A stretch of 64,000 nucleotides of DNA from Camelus dromedarius (taxonomy: Eukaryota), in NCBI RefSeq assembly GCF_036321535.1, contig NC_087436.1, positions 89,778,001-89,842,000 of the forward strand, in the 5' to 3' direction. Made by a program: the position numbers and the translations under genes. Each line of letters starts with the position of its first letter. Within the stretch, counting starts at the first letter, position 1. This document shows, in pieces, positions 50,324 to 63,350 of the stretch. A model generated the notes under the pieces. It had not been told where the DNA came from. It saw only the letters and a program-made list of their open reading frames with translations, and made no database searches.

Positions 50324-51018
50324 CACACACATATACTAGAATATTAGTCATAAAAAAGAATGAAGTGTTGCAATTTGCAACAGCAACATGGATAGACCTA
50401 GAAATTATCATACTAAGTGAAATAAGTCAGAGAAGACAAATATTACATGTCACTTATATATAGAATCTAAAAAATAATACAAATGAATCTATTTACATAA
50501 TAGAAACAGACTCACAGACATAGGAAACAAACTTATGGTTACCAAAGGGGAAAGCCGGGGAGGGATAAATTATGAGTATAGGATTAACAGATACACATAT
50601 ATTTGAATAAATTCAAATGTATTTGCAACAAAGATTTACTATATAACACAGGGAACTGTATTCAATATCTGGTAATAACCTATAATGGAAAATAATCTAA
50701 AAATATGTATATATGGATAACTGAATCACTCTGTGTATAACTAAAACTAACACAATATTGCAAATCAGCTATACTTCAATAAAAAATTTTTAAAAAGAAA
50801 ACTACAAAAAAGAAAGTTGTTAAGAGAGTGATCTTAAGAGTTCTCAATACAATGAGAAATTGTTTGCTTTTCTTCTTATTTTATCTATATGAAATGATGG
50901 ATGTTAACTAAACCTAATGCAGTAATCAGTCCACAATGAATGTAAATCAAACCATCATGCTATATACTTTAAACTTATATAATGATATATTTTAATTATT
51001 TCACAATAAAACTGGAAA
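49715..51018 (+). mobile_element. Older L1MA/MB-type 3' end split by a younger L1
   Basis: Left 'gggatgtcatgtacaacatg' continues after the insert as 'taagagagtgatcttaagagttctca...cacaataaaactgg'. Confidence 0.8.
49806..50809 (+). mobile_element. 5'-truncated L1 (ORF2 C-terminus plus 3'UTR, cetartiodactyl-type)
   Basis: ORF 49878-50111 (..[29 protein letters not shown]..) is the L1 ORF2 Cys-rich domain; TSD aagaaagttgt at 49795-49805 and 50810-50820. Confidence 0.95.
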
Positions 51019-51059
51019 CACTTAAAAGATTCTTAAAAAGAAGTAAAGAGAGAGACGAC

Positions 51060-51590
51060 CTCAGTAGAATTCCTGACTTCATGAACGTTTGAAAAAACAC
51101 TCCACGATATAGTCAAAAAACTGCAAGATAATTAAAACTTCAGGGAAAAAGGAAATACTGTAAAAGAAATAAAATGGAACAAGAATTTCCCTACTTGGTC
51201 CTCTAGGCCAAAATATTTACCTAACCATAATCATGTATGCACTATTTATTCATTCAACTAGAAATAGTGATAAAACTAAATAGGGCCAATGAGATAGAGA
51301 GGTGGGGAGGTAAGGGGACTAAATCCTCAGAGCAGGACCTCTGGAGATAATACTTGAAATCAAATAACCAGAAAATATAAATCTGTGTATTTTGCTTGAA
51401 TATAGAGGAAATAACTGTTAAGAGAAAAAATGTTAAAAGGTTAAAAGACGTTTTTGCCTCTGAGATGGAGCAACTTAGGGGTGAAAAGCAGAGTTTAGAT
51501 TTTCAGGATATATGTATATAATATTGGGGGTTTTAATCATGTATATATTACTCTGATTGGAAATATCACTTATTTTAAGTGACTTTAAAA
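51060..51590 (+). mobile_element. Degraded L1ME/MD-type 3' fragment
   Basis: 'aaaatatttacctaaccataatcatgtatgcactatttatt' resembles an old L1M 3'UTR. Confidence 0.5.
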
Positions 51591-51749
51591 AATGAAAAAT
51601 GCTCAAAACTGGTCAGAATTTTATATATATATATGTATCTGCTGTCCACTCCCAACCCCCTGAGGGCAGCTTGTGCAGTGAGCTGAGCTCCCACATGGCT
51701 GGAGTGGAAACCCAAGCCTCTCTTACACAGCGATGCAGGTGTGTAGGGT

Positions 51750-53400
51750 AGAGGATATAGGGAGGCCAGGAGAGTTGCAGAGAACCTTCAACAGCAGTTT
51801 TCAGTCAAAGTAACAGACTTCAGTTTGGACAAAACAGTAGATTCAGTGAGCATGAGAAGAATTCTAGACATTTTGAAAGTAGAAACAAAACTCCTGCAGA
51901 TGGATTGGGAGGGAAGACTGGACGTCCATGAGGACTTAGTATTTGGGATCTGAACAACGTAAAGAGTGAAACTGCCATTTATGAGGCTGGAGAGGACCAT
52001 GTGGAGGGCATATTTGGGGGATGATTACCCTGAGTTCAGTACTGGACATGATCAGCTTGCTGTGCCTATTAAACATCCAAATGGAAATGCCAAGTGAGCA
52101 CATAGACATGTGAGTCTGGAATTCAGGAGCAGTTCTAAAGCAGAGATTAGACTGGAGGGTCAGCGTATAGATGGTATTCAAAGCCAGGAAGGGATAAAGT
52201 TACCTAGAGGGTGAGCACAGAGAGTAAAGAAATACAGACTGAGAGTGGAGCATTGGCCACTCTGAAGGTAGGGGAGATGAGCACTCAGCAAAGGAGACAA
52301 AGAAGGAATGGCTATGAGGGTGACCAGATAAAGTGGGACCTGAGACGTCCAGTAAGGAGAGTATTTCAAGGAGACAGGTGTGAGCAACTGTTTCAAATGC
52401 TGTTAATTAAGTGAGCTCTGAGAAGTAAGTGATCCTTACAAATGGCAGCATGCAGGCCATTGGTGTCACTGACATGAGTTCTTTCAGTGATGGGATTGGG
52501 GTGATAATGACTCCAAGAGAAAAATGGGAAAGCAGTGGAAACTTCAAGTATAGATCTTTTTCTGAGGAAGATTGCTAAAAGAGAAGCAAATGGATTAGAC
52601 AGTAGCTTTAGGAGAACATAGGTTGGAGAGAAGGGTTTTAGGTCCTTGTTTATTTTTAATATTTTATAGTATGTTGGTCTGTGGATGGGAATGAACCTGT
52701 AGTCAGGGAAAAACTCGTGCTGTGAAGTGAATGGGGAAAATTAGTGGAGTTATGTCTTTGATGGACAAGATGGAACGGGGGCCAGTGTACAGGTAGAAGA
52801 TGTGGGTACACGTAGGATTTTAGACTAGGTGGCTTGGGCATAGAGAAGCTCTCTCTCTTACATTTTGCTTCTGTTTTCTCTGAGAAGCAAAATAATCAGC
52901 AGAGAGTAAGACAGGGAGGAGTTGTGGATGCTTTGAGGAGAGACAAGAAGGAATGAAATAATCATGCAACTGAGTAAGAGACAGAAAACTGTCTAAAGAA
53001 ATACAGTAGGATGGCCCTGGGGCACTACATGTTCACTGGAGGGTTTTGGTCATGACATGTCTTTCTGGGCACGTGCAGCTGCCCAGGTGCCGGCACAGAG
53101 TATGTCAAGAGTTGGGTTCACACTGGGTTGGGCTTTTCTCAAATTAGTTCAATAAAGTAAGAGAGGAGAAAGTGAAGGGGTCTATGTAGGGTAATGGACA
53201 GGGCAATGCATCACGGAATCTGAGTTAGGTGAGCAAGGACAAGAGCATGGTCAAGGAAGGGGTTGCAGAGCCATACAGACAAAATTATGGGACTTGAGGT
53301 ACTAGTAAAAAGTAGTGAAAAGCAGGAAATACTAGCAGCAAAAATGGGTAAGAGGCCACATACTGAAGACGTTACCTACAGAGAAGCTGAGCTGTTTGGA
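51750..53400 (-). mobile_element. Long L2 fragment including an RT-region remnant
   Basis: 'aaacatccaaatggaaatgccaagtgagcacatagacatgtgagtctggaattcagg'; ORF 51936-52181 resembles L2 pol. Confidence 0.8.
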
Positions 53401-54537
53401 CAGTAGGGAAGACAAAGCTCTGGATGTTGCAGTGAGTACCAAGCACAAGGCCTATCCACTGCCAAGCTGTATGGTACCTGGGATATGAGAGAGAAACTGC
53501 CCATAGTTTGCAAGGGCTCTAGGCACGCCTTCTCTGTGACTGGACAGATTTCCAACTGTGACAAGAGAGAGAATGCCAATGTAGCCTAGAATTTCTTTTG
53601 GAATTTACAGAGTATGGTATACTGTATACACACACATCCACACACATATTATATATCTATTCTTTTCTAGGAATAAACATTTCTAATTTTTTCTACTAGT
53701 TTTCTGTAAAGTAGGAAAGTACAATTTATATAATACCTGTGTTTTTACGTATACTTTTGTTCTCTTATCATTTTTATAAGAAAGTAATAAAAGGAAAAAT
53801 TACGCACACCATTGCCTGAAATATTACGTACACTATTACCTGATTGCAAAGCTTAGTTACTATTTCTCTAAATTGCCTTACTTAGCTACAATCTTAAACG
53901 TTAGCGCAAGTGTAACATATTCTTTTGTCCCTTGAATATTCACCACTCAGCGTTTTGCAAATGACTTGTAGTATTTTGTTCACAATAACTTCCTTTGTCT
54001 GCCTTGCCAAGTGGTTGATATCCAGATGCTCGTAAGCACAATAATGTGTGGCATAAACTAATTATCTGCCATGCGCCACTATTTATACATCCTCACTACG
54101 TTAGTAAGATATGAAAGCGATTTACAATTCCCTTTAAATAGCCCCATGCACCTGCAGGCAGTTTTGGTTCAATAACACAGAAATGAACGGTAAAGATAGG
54201 TTAGGCATCTTTGTTCTTTACAGCTTTAAGAGTTCAAATGATTATGAACAAAACACATCCTTTCACTTTGCAGCATTGCAAATGCTGTGACAATTTTTGT
54301 ACATTTCTCAATTAATTCTGGAATGTTATATCTTGGAAGCAAAGGAACTGGAATTCTGCAAACTCATAGAATTCAGGGTAACACTGATATATTAATACAC
54401 TTTTTTTTTGTTTTAAGTTTGAGTGCAGTGGAAAAGAAGGTGAGGTTGGTGATTTAATGGTGACAGAGATGAGGGGAGGAAACTGAAGGGCATAGGTTTT
54501 TAGCTCACTTCATAGGTCTGAGTTTAATCCTGTACCT

Positions 54538-54799
54538 GCAGGGCCAGCTTAACTTTTAGGCACAGTAGGCATGGTGTCTATTTTAATTTTAAATTCTCTT
54601 AAAATCAGAAAGAGACAACTGACCATAAGAGCAATGAACATATAATAGTGAATCTAGCCAAGATAATAATTGTCTTCATAGTTACATAGTCAACAAAATA
54701 TTATTTGTTTGCTTGTTTGTTTGTTTGTTTGTTTATGGAGGAAGGGGTCCACAAAGGCATAAGTGCCTAAGGGCTTATGAAAGTCAGAACGCAGCTCTG
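54538..54799. mobile_element. hAT-Tip100-type MITE (MER96B/MER91-like), followed by a MIR (~54800-54978)
   Basis: 'cagggccagc...taggcacagtaggca...aagtgcctaagggc...cagctctg'. Confidence 0.6.
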
Positions 54800-55079
54800 A
54801 GTGGCCCTGTGATCTTGAATGAATAACTTAACCAGATTGAATCTGATTCTCCTCATCTTTAAAGCAGAGCTAATATCTGAGAGGGCTGTTAGGAAAAAAC
54901 TGGTGAGATGCTGTGTCTGAACTGCTCTGTATAGTGTCATGTAGAGTCTAGAGGCTTGATAAATGTGAGTTATTATTAAGTTTTACTAAAAATGGAGACG
55001 TTGGCTCCGTTACTGCAGCCAAAATGAACTGTCTCTCTCTCTCCACTTTCTTTTAACACTGCTTGCTACTTCGCTACAG

Positions 55080-55111
55080 GATGAAGATGTTCGAGAGGTT
55101 TGGCAAATTCG
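55080..55111 (+). CDS. Candidate 32-nt internal exon (DEDVREVWQI-R in frame 0; xMKMFERFGKF in frame 1); gene unidentified
   Basis: Pyrimidine-rich tract, branch-like TTTAAC ~24 nt upstream, TACAG| acceptor, CG|GTAAGA donor; unique sequence. Confidence 0.6.
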
Positions 55112-58100
55112 GTAAGAACAGTTGTTTGTAAAGATAATTGATAACGCTCATAAATTAATGGTTCATTTTAATTACTCAGTCATTAAACAGAAATATCTTG
55201 GGCTATACAGCCAAATTCCTTAACTTATGCAGATCCCGTGCACTATATGGACTTGGTGTACATTTACATTTTTTTTAATTTGGATGATTAATAGATAAGT
55301 GAAAAATTATTTTTTTTTTACCAAATTCTTAAAATGTGACTATAGACTGTTTCAATTGAAAAAAAAAGACTGTTTATAAACTCTTTACTTCTACTGTATT
55401 AAATATGATAGAATTTGTATGAAATGTAATTTACTAAAGAAAATAAAGTTATTTATAGTATCTCTCCTTTCCTGGCACCCGGTAGTTGCAGCCAGTGTTT
55501 CAGCCAAATAGAAAGAACCAGAAGCATTTCTTTTTTTATCTGCTGCTTTTAGAGAAAGAGAATATGGAGAATGAGGAGAAAGGGGATACTAATTTTCTCC
55601 AAACAGACTGTGATGTAAATGTTAATCTGTGCGTGGGGACAATGCAGACCTTCCCAAGGTGGAATGGTACAAAGCTGTGCTCAGTTTCCTGTTCCTACAA
55701 TGTTCTAGTTTTCCCAACTCTGGTTATTAACTCATTAATCATTCCCTCCCCCAAGAAGAGAGTCTAATAGAATTTAATGACTTTTTTAGCCAGTAGCTTA
55801 GACTGGCAAACCTTTCATCTTTCTCCTGAGCACTGACCCACGGCTATAAATCTGTAATCTTTCAATACCAGTCTTGTCCGTGCTAGCATGTGCCATGGTG
55901 GGCTTTCTTTGGGGAAGCATGCTAAGACTTCAAATATCTCTGGCTCACTTGTATACCAATAATCACGTTCAAGAATTAGTTTCTGTATTATCTGTAACTG
56001 TTCTAGAAATAAAGTACCTTTTCTGCCACAAGCTTTCCTACTTAGACTATAAGCTTCTTTTCCCAGGGAGACCTTGTCCAGGTCCAAGAGCCTAGACTCA
56101 GGTGTGAGTAACCCTTCCCTTTCTGTACCCACTCTAACCACTTGTTCACTGCTGTTACCTTTGGCCCTGTGCCACGTATAAAGCCCTGGCAACTCTTTCT
56201 TAAATACTAGCTGCTCACTCCTTGTTTTCTCATTTTTAAACTCTACAGTTCCTGTGAACAGTTCCAGATTACCCGAGTGTGCCCAAACCAATTTGGTCCT
56301 TTAGTAAAGTCAGGTTCTTTTGGTAAACATCAGTCCCCACCCCAGGTTAGACCTTTTGCAACCTCTCAATCAAATGTTAAGCCACAATGAAAGTAAATCT
56401 TAAACCAAAATCTGCCCAAACCAGAGGATATTCATTAATAAGCAGCACAGTCACAGAACTTTTTCAGCTCAGTGAAGAGAGTTTTGCTCTTTTGCCCTCA
56501 GGTTCACAGAAAAACACTCACTCTTAAGGGGACATAAGAAGTCCTAATGGCAACATCTACAGTCTTTGTAATTGGATCCAGGGGCAAGACGTCTCCAGGT
56601 CAAGGGCCTTAGACACGGAGGGCAATATTTTGGGCATAGATTGTTGCCGAGCATGGTCCCCTCATATCTTATTCATGCAAGGACACTGAGTTCTCTTAAA
56701 CTCCTCTTAACTGTTCACATATCTTGAATCCCTTTGCTATGACCAACAAAATTTATTTCTCCTAGGGATTATGCAAATTAATTAACCCAAAAGGGTTGAT
56801 TCATATTGAGACATTTCTTAGGCTAACTAACTCCCTCCAGAGTGTTAGTTAAATTTAACTTGTCCACACACACATGTCATACTACCGATACTGAAATATT
56901 TAAAATGAATTAAAACCAGAAAATATAATGAATAAACCAGCTTGTGGGGTGGTGGTAGTGAGAGGATTCTTCAGTAATTTCCTGGATGACTTAATAAGTA
57001 AAGTCAATGGGATCTTGAAATTATTCAGCTTTATAGATCAGACACAGTCCCACAGATGGTGGGATAGGTTTAGCGGGCATGGAAGTTCCCTTGTTAACAC
57101 TTGGGCCTGTGATCCTCTAAAGTCAGAATACTTCTTTATCCATTAAACTTTGTCAGCCTGTGCTATTTAAGGGGCCAGACCCTCTTCCACTGTTAGGGAA
57201 AACCCTAAGAGAATGTAAAGGAAGAGAGAAAACAAGGAAATGAGAACAGAGCTAGAGGGATGCAGAGTTCAGGATTGTGATTTGAGGTCCCAGGAAGACT
57301 AGGAAGAAGAAAACAGTAGCTGATTATTTACAGAGTGAGAACATTAAAGAGGGAACCAAAGCGAGAGTCAAGTGTAGAAGAATGAAGTGTGATCCCACTT
57401 ATCAAAACCAAATATTGGTTGGAACTTAAGCTCAACCAAAGAACTCTGTTACAGCAACTATAAAGACAGATCAGAATGGAACCCCAGCATGACTGACTTG
57501 AGGACTGATAATCAAACTGGTTCCAGGTGTCTCTATATTCTTTTGTTCTAGTTATTTTCAGAGCCTAGGGTGGAATCCATCCTGGGGAGCAGTTAAATGA
57601 CCAAAGAAAAATATTACAGGAACAAAAGCCACCCCCTTGCTTTATTTTCCCCCAAAGTTTTGTTTATTCTTAACTAGTGCTAAGAATACTTAAGTTGTCG
57701 CACTAATATTTTCAAGCAGTAAATCAGTGTTTCTACTCTATATTTTAAGGAGATCTCCCTCTTTCCATAGCCACCTCCATATTTTGTTCAGATACCCATA
57801 ATTTCTACCAAATAATAGACAAGTCAACACATAATAGATCATATTCATATTCACCTACAGAGAGACCAATACATTAGAATTTCATTTTGTAGACAATTGC
57901 TTGATAATTGGCAGACGACAATATCTGAATAAAGAATCCAATTGGCTCTTGACTCGATTCAGTTTCATTTTTATCTCTGCTTTCAGATACACTGATAAAA
58001 CTTTAACTGATGTGAATTGCTATTGTTATAGTTGTTTAGTTCAGTTAAGTAGTAGAAATGTTTTAGAACAATCCTGAGGCAAAAGACATAAACTATGCTG

Positions 58101-58304
58101 AAACACCAGGAAATTCCTCTGCTAAGTATGAGTAACAATGAACAGCTAACAACAACATCAGTATTCATAGAATTACCAAGTAGGAAAGAATTTATTTCCA
58201 CAAAACACATTTTTACCTCTCCAGGCCAACCTGTTTCAGGATCTGATGACCAAGAGCTGGTATAATCACACAGAGCAGCAGCATTCACTTGACCTAGTCA
58301 TCTA

Positions 58305-58500
58305 TCCATACAACCATTCATCCTTTCTTTCAACAAATTTTTTATTGAGAACTCATCACTGTGCTACACAGAAGGGTCCACAGTCATAAATCATTAGCTC
58401 CTGTCCTCAAGGAGTTCACTTTCCACTTGGGGAGATAAATGAACATTTTGTTTTGCAATATAGTGTGATAACACAAGTAGAAGATGATATGGAACACAGA
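58305..58500 (-). mobile_element. L2 3' end
   Basis: 'ttcaacaaatttttta ttgagaactc...cctgtcctcaaggagttcac'. Confidence 0.7.
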
Positions 58501-58896
58501 GGAAAGTCATTCATTGATGTGTTAAATGCTCACAAGTCCTCTTATTTCAGATTTTTGGTGCGGATTATGCTTTCTTTAATCAAACGCTTTCTTGAGGATG
58601 GTGACCTTGTTTTGTTTTATTTCTTTCTCTTTTTAATTTCAAATAAGGCCTGTGTAGGGCTTTACATTCTATAAATTGTATATAAAATATTTTTTAATTC
58701 TTATTTTTGAAAAATAATTATTTAATTTACCAAGGCATTTTTTGTTTTGTTTTTGACACTAATGGAAGACTCTTCCCCCAGGAGCTAGAAAGGAACCTTC
58801 CAAATAGAAATTAAAGGAAGAAGGTGTCTAGGAACCACTCTGTTCAACATTTCTGAATTGCCATTCAGATGGCACGTGTGACTTTTTGAGTTAGTT

Positions 58897-59114
58897 CAAA
58901 GGTTGGCAAACTTTCTGTCTTAAAAGGTCAAATAGAGATGTCAAGCTTTGTGGGCAATGTAGGTTCTGTTGTGACCACTCAGTTCTGCCATTCTAGCACA
59001 AAAGCAGCTAAAGACAATACCTAGACAAATGGGCATGGCTATGACCCAGTAAATTTTTATACATGAAAACAGGTGGCAGGCCAGATTTGTTCAGCAACTA
59101 ACTCACTAACTCTG
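58897..59114. mobile_element. hAT-Charlie MITE (MER58A-like)
   Basis: 'caaaggttggcaaactttct...actcagttctgccattctagcacaaaagcagc...aaaacaggtggcaggccagatttg'. Confidence 0.85.
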
Positions 59115-59144
59115 GAGTCTTAATTGATTAGTTCAGATCATGCT

Positions 59145-59176
59145 AAAAAAAAAAAAATATATATATATATATATAC

Positions 59177-59210
<34 letters not shown>
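59145..59210. repeat. A-tract plus (TA)n(TG)n compound microsatellite
   Basis: Direct reading. Confidence 0.95.
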
Positions 59211-59214
<4 letters not shown>

Positions 59215-60039
59215 CAATATTCATGTAGTTATATATTTGAATTATGTAAAATATATTTCTCTGAGAATACATTTGGATTGATAGGAATATGAATGGGACA
59301 GATAAACAGTTCATTTGACTTAAGAGCTTAGGACTTAGGAAGGACTGATGTAAAAAGCAAATTCCCATTTGTAATAAAATTCTTTGGGAAATTAGTCCCT
59401 TAGTAGATAAGGTGAGTTTTCACACTATAAGACTATAAAAGAAATAAAAGTCATCTTCTATTCCATTCACTACAACTCCTATATGGCAAAGAGCCTTTTA
59501 GAATACTTACAGATCCTACATCCATATATGGTTCATAGGGGGCTGCTAATTAGTCCTGCCTTCTAGGGAAATAAGGATAAATCACACCCATTCTAGGCAG
59601 AATGTACTAAGGCGAGATATGTTGGGATGATGAATCCTCCAAGACTGGAAAATATCTATATGTGGTCTTATCCTTTGAAGTCAAGAATTCATTGGCTTCC
59701 ACTATTACCAAATGCTACTGGATGAGTAGAAACAGCTTTCCTCATCATGAACCAAAACATGATTATCTTTCTTATCATTTCCTCTTACTGGCCTACCTTG
59801 ATTGAAATATTGTCTCCCTCAGCCACCCCCCTTCCCCACCGAGTTCTAACACTGAGTATCCCCTCTTCTTATTTCTCATAAATGCAGAGGGACAATGGCA
59901 TGGTCTTGAGCTATGAGTTCTCCATAGACTACGAATGTGGCAACGATCCAAGTTACTGGACTGCAGATTTCTTTTTAGGGATATGAGTGGCTAGTTTTGA
60001 AGGTAATGTTATACATCTAATCCTATGTTACACATTGGT

Positions 60040-60760
60040 TTATTTATTCATTTTTTTCAACACCTATGTATTGAGTGCTTACTCTATGTCATGCAGGGCA
60101 CTAATTGCAAGGGTTGCAACGTTAAGTAAAAATAAACATGGTCCCTGAACAATGGAACGTACAGCTCTGTCAATAGATTTTTGTTTTTAATGAGGGTACT
60201 GAGAGTGAACCCAGGACCTTATGCATGCTAAGCATGTGCTCTATCACTGAGCTATTTCCCTCCCCCTAGATTTTAATCAAGTAATCACACATAATAATAT
60301 AAAAACAGAGACAAATTCTCTAAGAGGAAGCACATATAACAAAAAAAAAACTAACAGAGATAAGTAGGGGGGTGGTGCTATGTCAAGGAAGGCTTCTTGA
60401 GGAAGTGCTTCCTATTTTTTGTATGAAGGATGCATAAGTGAGTGGAAGGGGTAAGAGATTTCCAGCAGAGGAAACGTGTGCTACAGTGACCTGTGGCAGG
60501 AGGAGAACTGGCAGTAGGAAGCTTGGCACATTCCAGGAACTGAAGAAGGTGAAGATTGATGAGAGCAAAGGGAATAATGGTTCAAGGCCAGGCAGGAGTC
60601 AAGGAGTGCAGGACCAACTATGGCTATGGTAAGGATTTTGGTCTTGATCTTATGAGAAACAGGAACTATGGGAAGGATTTTAAGTTATGAGTGTGATGAA
60701 CAAATGGCTATTTTGGACAGATAACCCAGAGCACTGCATGAAGACCAGGCTGAGGGTCAA
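60040..60760 (-). mobile_element. L2 3' region interrupted by a SINE
   Basis: 'ttcaacacctatgtattgagtgcttactctatg'; 'ggctatggtaaggattttggtcttgatc'. Confidence 0.75.
60182..60266 (-). mobile_element. tRNA-derived SINE, Vic-1 (camelid)-like
   Basis: Minus strand GGGGGAGGGAAATAGCTCAGTGATAGAGCACATGCTTAGCATGCATAAGGTCCTGGGTTCACTCTCAGTACC plus A tail; TSD tagatttt at 60174 and 60267. Confidence 0.88.
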
Positions 60761-61769
60761 AATGGATAAAGGCAGGACAAATGAACTGCAGTGAACAATA
60801 TACATACACTCCTTGACACAGCCTGACTTTCTTATATTAAGACTTATTGAGTGTCTACACCATGAGAAGTACGATGAGGGATGAAAAGAGAGATATCATA
60901 GTTTCTGGTCCCTTAAGAACTTGTTAAAGATGAGTCTATTTTTCTTCTTGCAATTTGCATGTTAAATTTTTGCAATCATTGGTACTTGCATTATGTTGAT
61001 TGACTACCTAAAAGCATTTGAACCTGAATATTTCTGCTCCAGTGAATTGTATAATAACAACAACAGAATTGGTATTAAAATTTGTGACTAACTTGCCTTT
61101 TCTAACTTGTTGGAAATCTCTGGACATGCCTTTAAAATTTTTTCACTATATTCAGGTCAGAGTCAATTTCTTTTGTTTTTCTTTATGTAGTTGAGATATG
61201 GAGGTATATTCCTAATGTGAATTCTTCATCAGAACCAGTGTTCTTATCCACCTCCCATCACTTTAACATCTAGCAGTAGCTGTCCCAGTCAGCCTCTTTG
61301 TCTCACCCCTTCTCTTTTTGTCATTTTTTTCCAGCCCATTTCTGGGACCTGGCAGATGTTTCGGTTATCAGAGCTCTTGCTGGAACTTAGTAAATACCGT
61401 ACACCTTCCTCCTCAGCACCACATCCAGGGTCTGTGTTTCTGTGGGGCAGGATGAAGCAGAGGTTCAGATGGACTATTTGTCAAGAACACCTGCAGACTT
61501 TGTCTCAATCCCTCTGGGTGTTTAGGTGGAGAAAGAAAGCGAAGAACAATTAAGAAATGGAAATAAAACCAAAGTGTTACCAAAAACCAAAGAAATCAAT
61601 TTCTTCAGACTTAGATAAGAAAATATTTATATGCTATGATTTCAGGGTGGTTCATAAAGTTTCTGTGCAGGAAAACATTTTGCATGCCACTCCATCATTC
61701 AATGTTTCATATCAAAAAAAAAAAAAAAAACCCACACACAACAAAACTTCCTTTTCTCTTTATCCCCAG

Positions 61770-62155
61770 TGGTCAGGTTAGACCAAGTCATTTCATGGTT
61801 AAACACCCCCCCACCCCCCAAATGTTAGCGGCTTAAAACAACAAATATTTATTTTTCATTCATTCTGTATGTCCACCGCAGGTCAGCAAGGAGCTCTGAC
61901 CTTTGTTGTCCTCACTCAAGGACCATTTGGAGTATCGCTGGCTGCAACCAGACAGCGGAGGAGGCCACATGGTAAATAGACACAGGCACACTCAGCCTCC
62001 ACGTGGAAATGGCCCGTGTCTCTTTTGCCCAATGATCATTGGCCAGAGCAAATTCCATTGCCACCTCTAATTTCAAGGAGAGTAGGCAAATTCAATCTGC
62101 TCATCATCTAGGCTGGAAACTAGCAATATTTGCTGGGTATTACTAATGTCTGCCA
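61770..62155 (-). mobile_element. Old MaLR LTR (MLT1J/H-like)
   Basis: 'ttagcggcttaaaacaacaaatattttattt...cattggccagagcaaattcc'. Confidence 0.7.
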
Positions 62156-63149
62156 GAAGCCTCTTAAAATAGCCCGCCTCAAAAAATATTCTTTAAGGAT
62201 ACTTTGTTAACTCTTAACTCATAATTCAAAAAGTACTCTTGCTTTTATCTTCCAACTGAATAGCATGAGAAAAGACCCAGAAGTCACAAAAAAGGAATAA
62301 TGACTTGAAACCCTATTATAATCCAGTGGATGATCCAGAGAGTGGCTGGAAGCTTCTACGTTAATTAGTGTCTTTGGTTCTGTAGATGTTACCGATATGG
62401 GTCTTTTTGAAACAACCGATCAAACACTTGGCAATTTCTTTATTGAAGGAAAATCAGTGGCCAGTTCAAAAGTGAAAGTCACTTGATTTTTCTATTCAGT
62501 TCGTATAATAAGCCACAAAATACACTTGAGTGGATTTAATAGCATGGTTTATAGAGAGACCTATGCACAGAAACACAGACAGGGATGCCCGTGTATTGGC
62601 AGCAGAAGCACTCACATTCCCATTGGATGAAATGGACAATTTCCTGCCTGTATGTCCTCTTATAAACACATCTTTTTCCATATGCTAAAGACAAGTGTGT
62701 GCACAGAAGCAGACATGCTATATATAAATATCAAGAAAGAGGGAGGAAAGGGGGACATTAGAGAACTAACAAAAGATGGAAATGCAGGCCGAGCTGGAAT
62801 GAAAAGGAGGGCATGGTATACTAAAAAGAGGACAAGAAAAAAAGGGCAGAAAAAAAGAGAGCGAGAGAATGAGGAAAACCATGTATTCATGAGAAAAAAA
62901 ATAAGGCAACATAAGAGAATGTGGGTGTACGAGGAGGGCTCCAACCGATCATTCTGTGAAGGTGGGAACCTGAATGCTAGTGGGAAAGAGTGGATGGGAG
63001 CATATAGGGAAAGAGTCGAAAAATTCAATAAATTCAAGAGTGAGGAGTGCAACTGAATCTCACCTACTAAATGTCAAGGCAGTAAGCCAGTGGCTTTCAG
63101 ACACTTGACACACTGCACGGTGTTGTCTCTGACCCAGGTGACATTCAGT

Positions 63150-63350
63150 GCACTTGCATCAACTCGTAGAACGCTCACATTAACCACGTGAAGCTGGTTC
63201 TACAATTACCCTTATTCTGTGGGTAAGACAACTGAAGCCTAGGGAGGCTAAGCAATTTACCCAAGGTTGCACAGTGAGTAGGCAGCAGAACTAGGATTTG
63301 AACCTAAGTGTTTAGCATTGGAGTCTGAGCGCTTCACCACTACTCTTTCT
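63150..63350 (-). mobile_element. MIR SINE
   Basis: 'aactgaagcctagggaggctaagcaatttacccaaggttgcacag...ggatttgaacctaag'. Confidence 0.8.

Noticed and set aside
55815..56291. 158-aa ORF on the minus strand
   Set aside because: Non-ATG start, no recognisable homology and no exon signals.
60182..60266. tRNA gene
   Set aside because: Degenerate B box, A-rich tail and TSD indicate a SINE.
61191..61203. 13-nt micro-exon after a strong-looking acceptor
   Set aside because: Weak donor (GTATAT); joined to the 55080 exon in frame 0 it gives an immediate TGA.
62652..63056. 134-aa and 130-aa overlapping ORFs
   Set aside because: Purine-rich low-complexity sequence lacking stops by composition; no domain or splice context.
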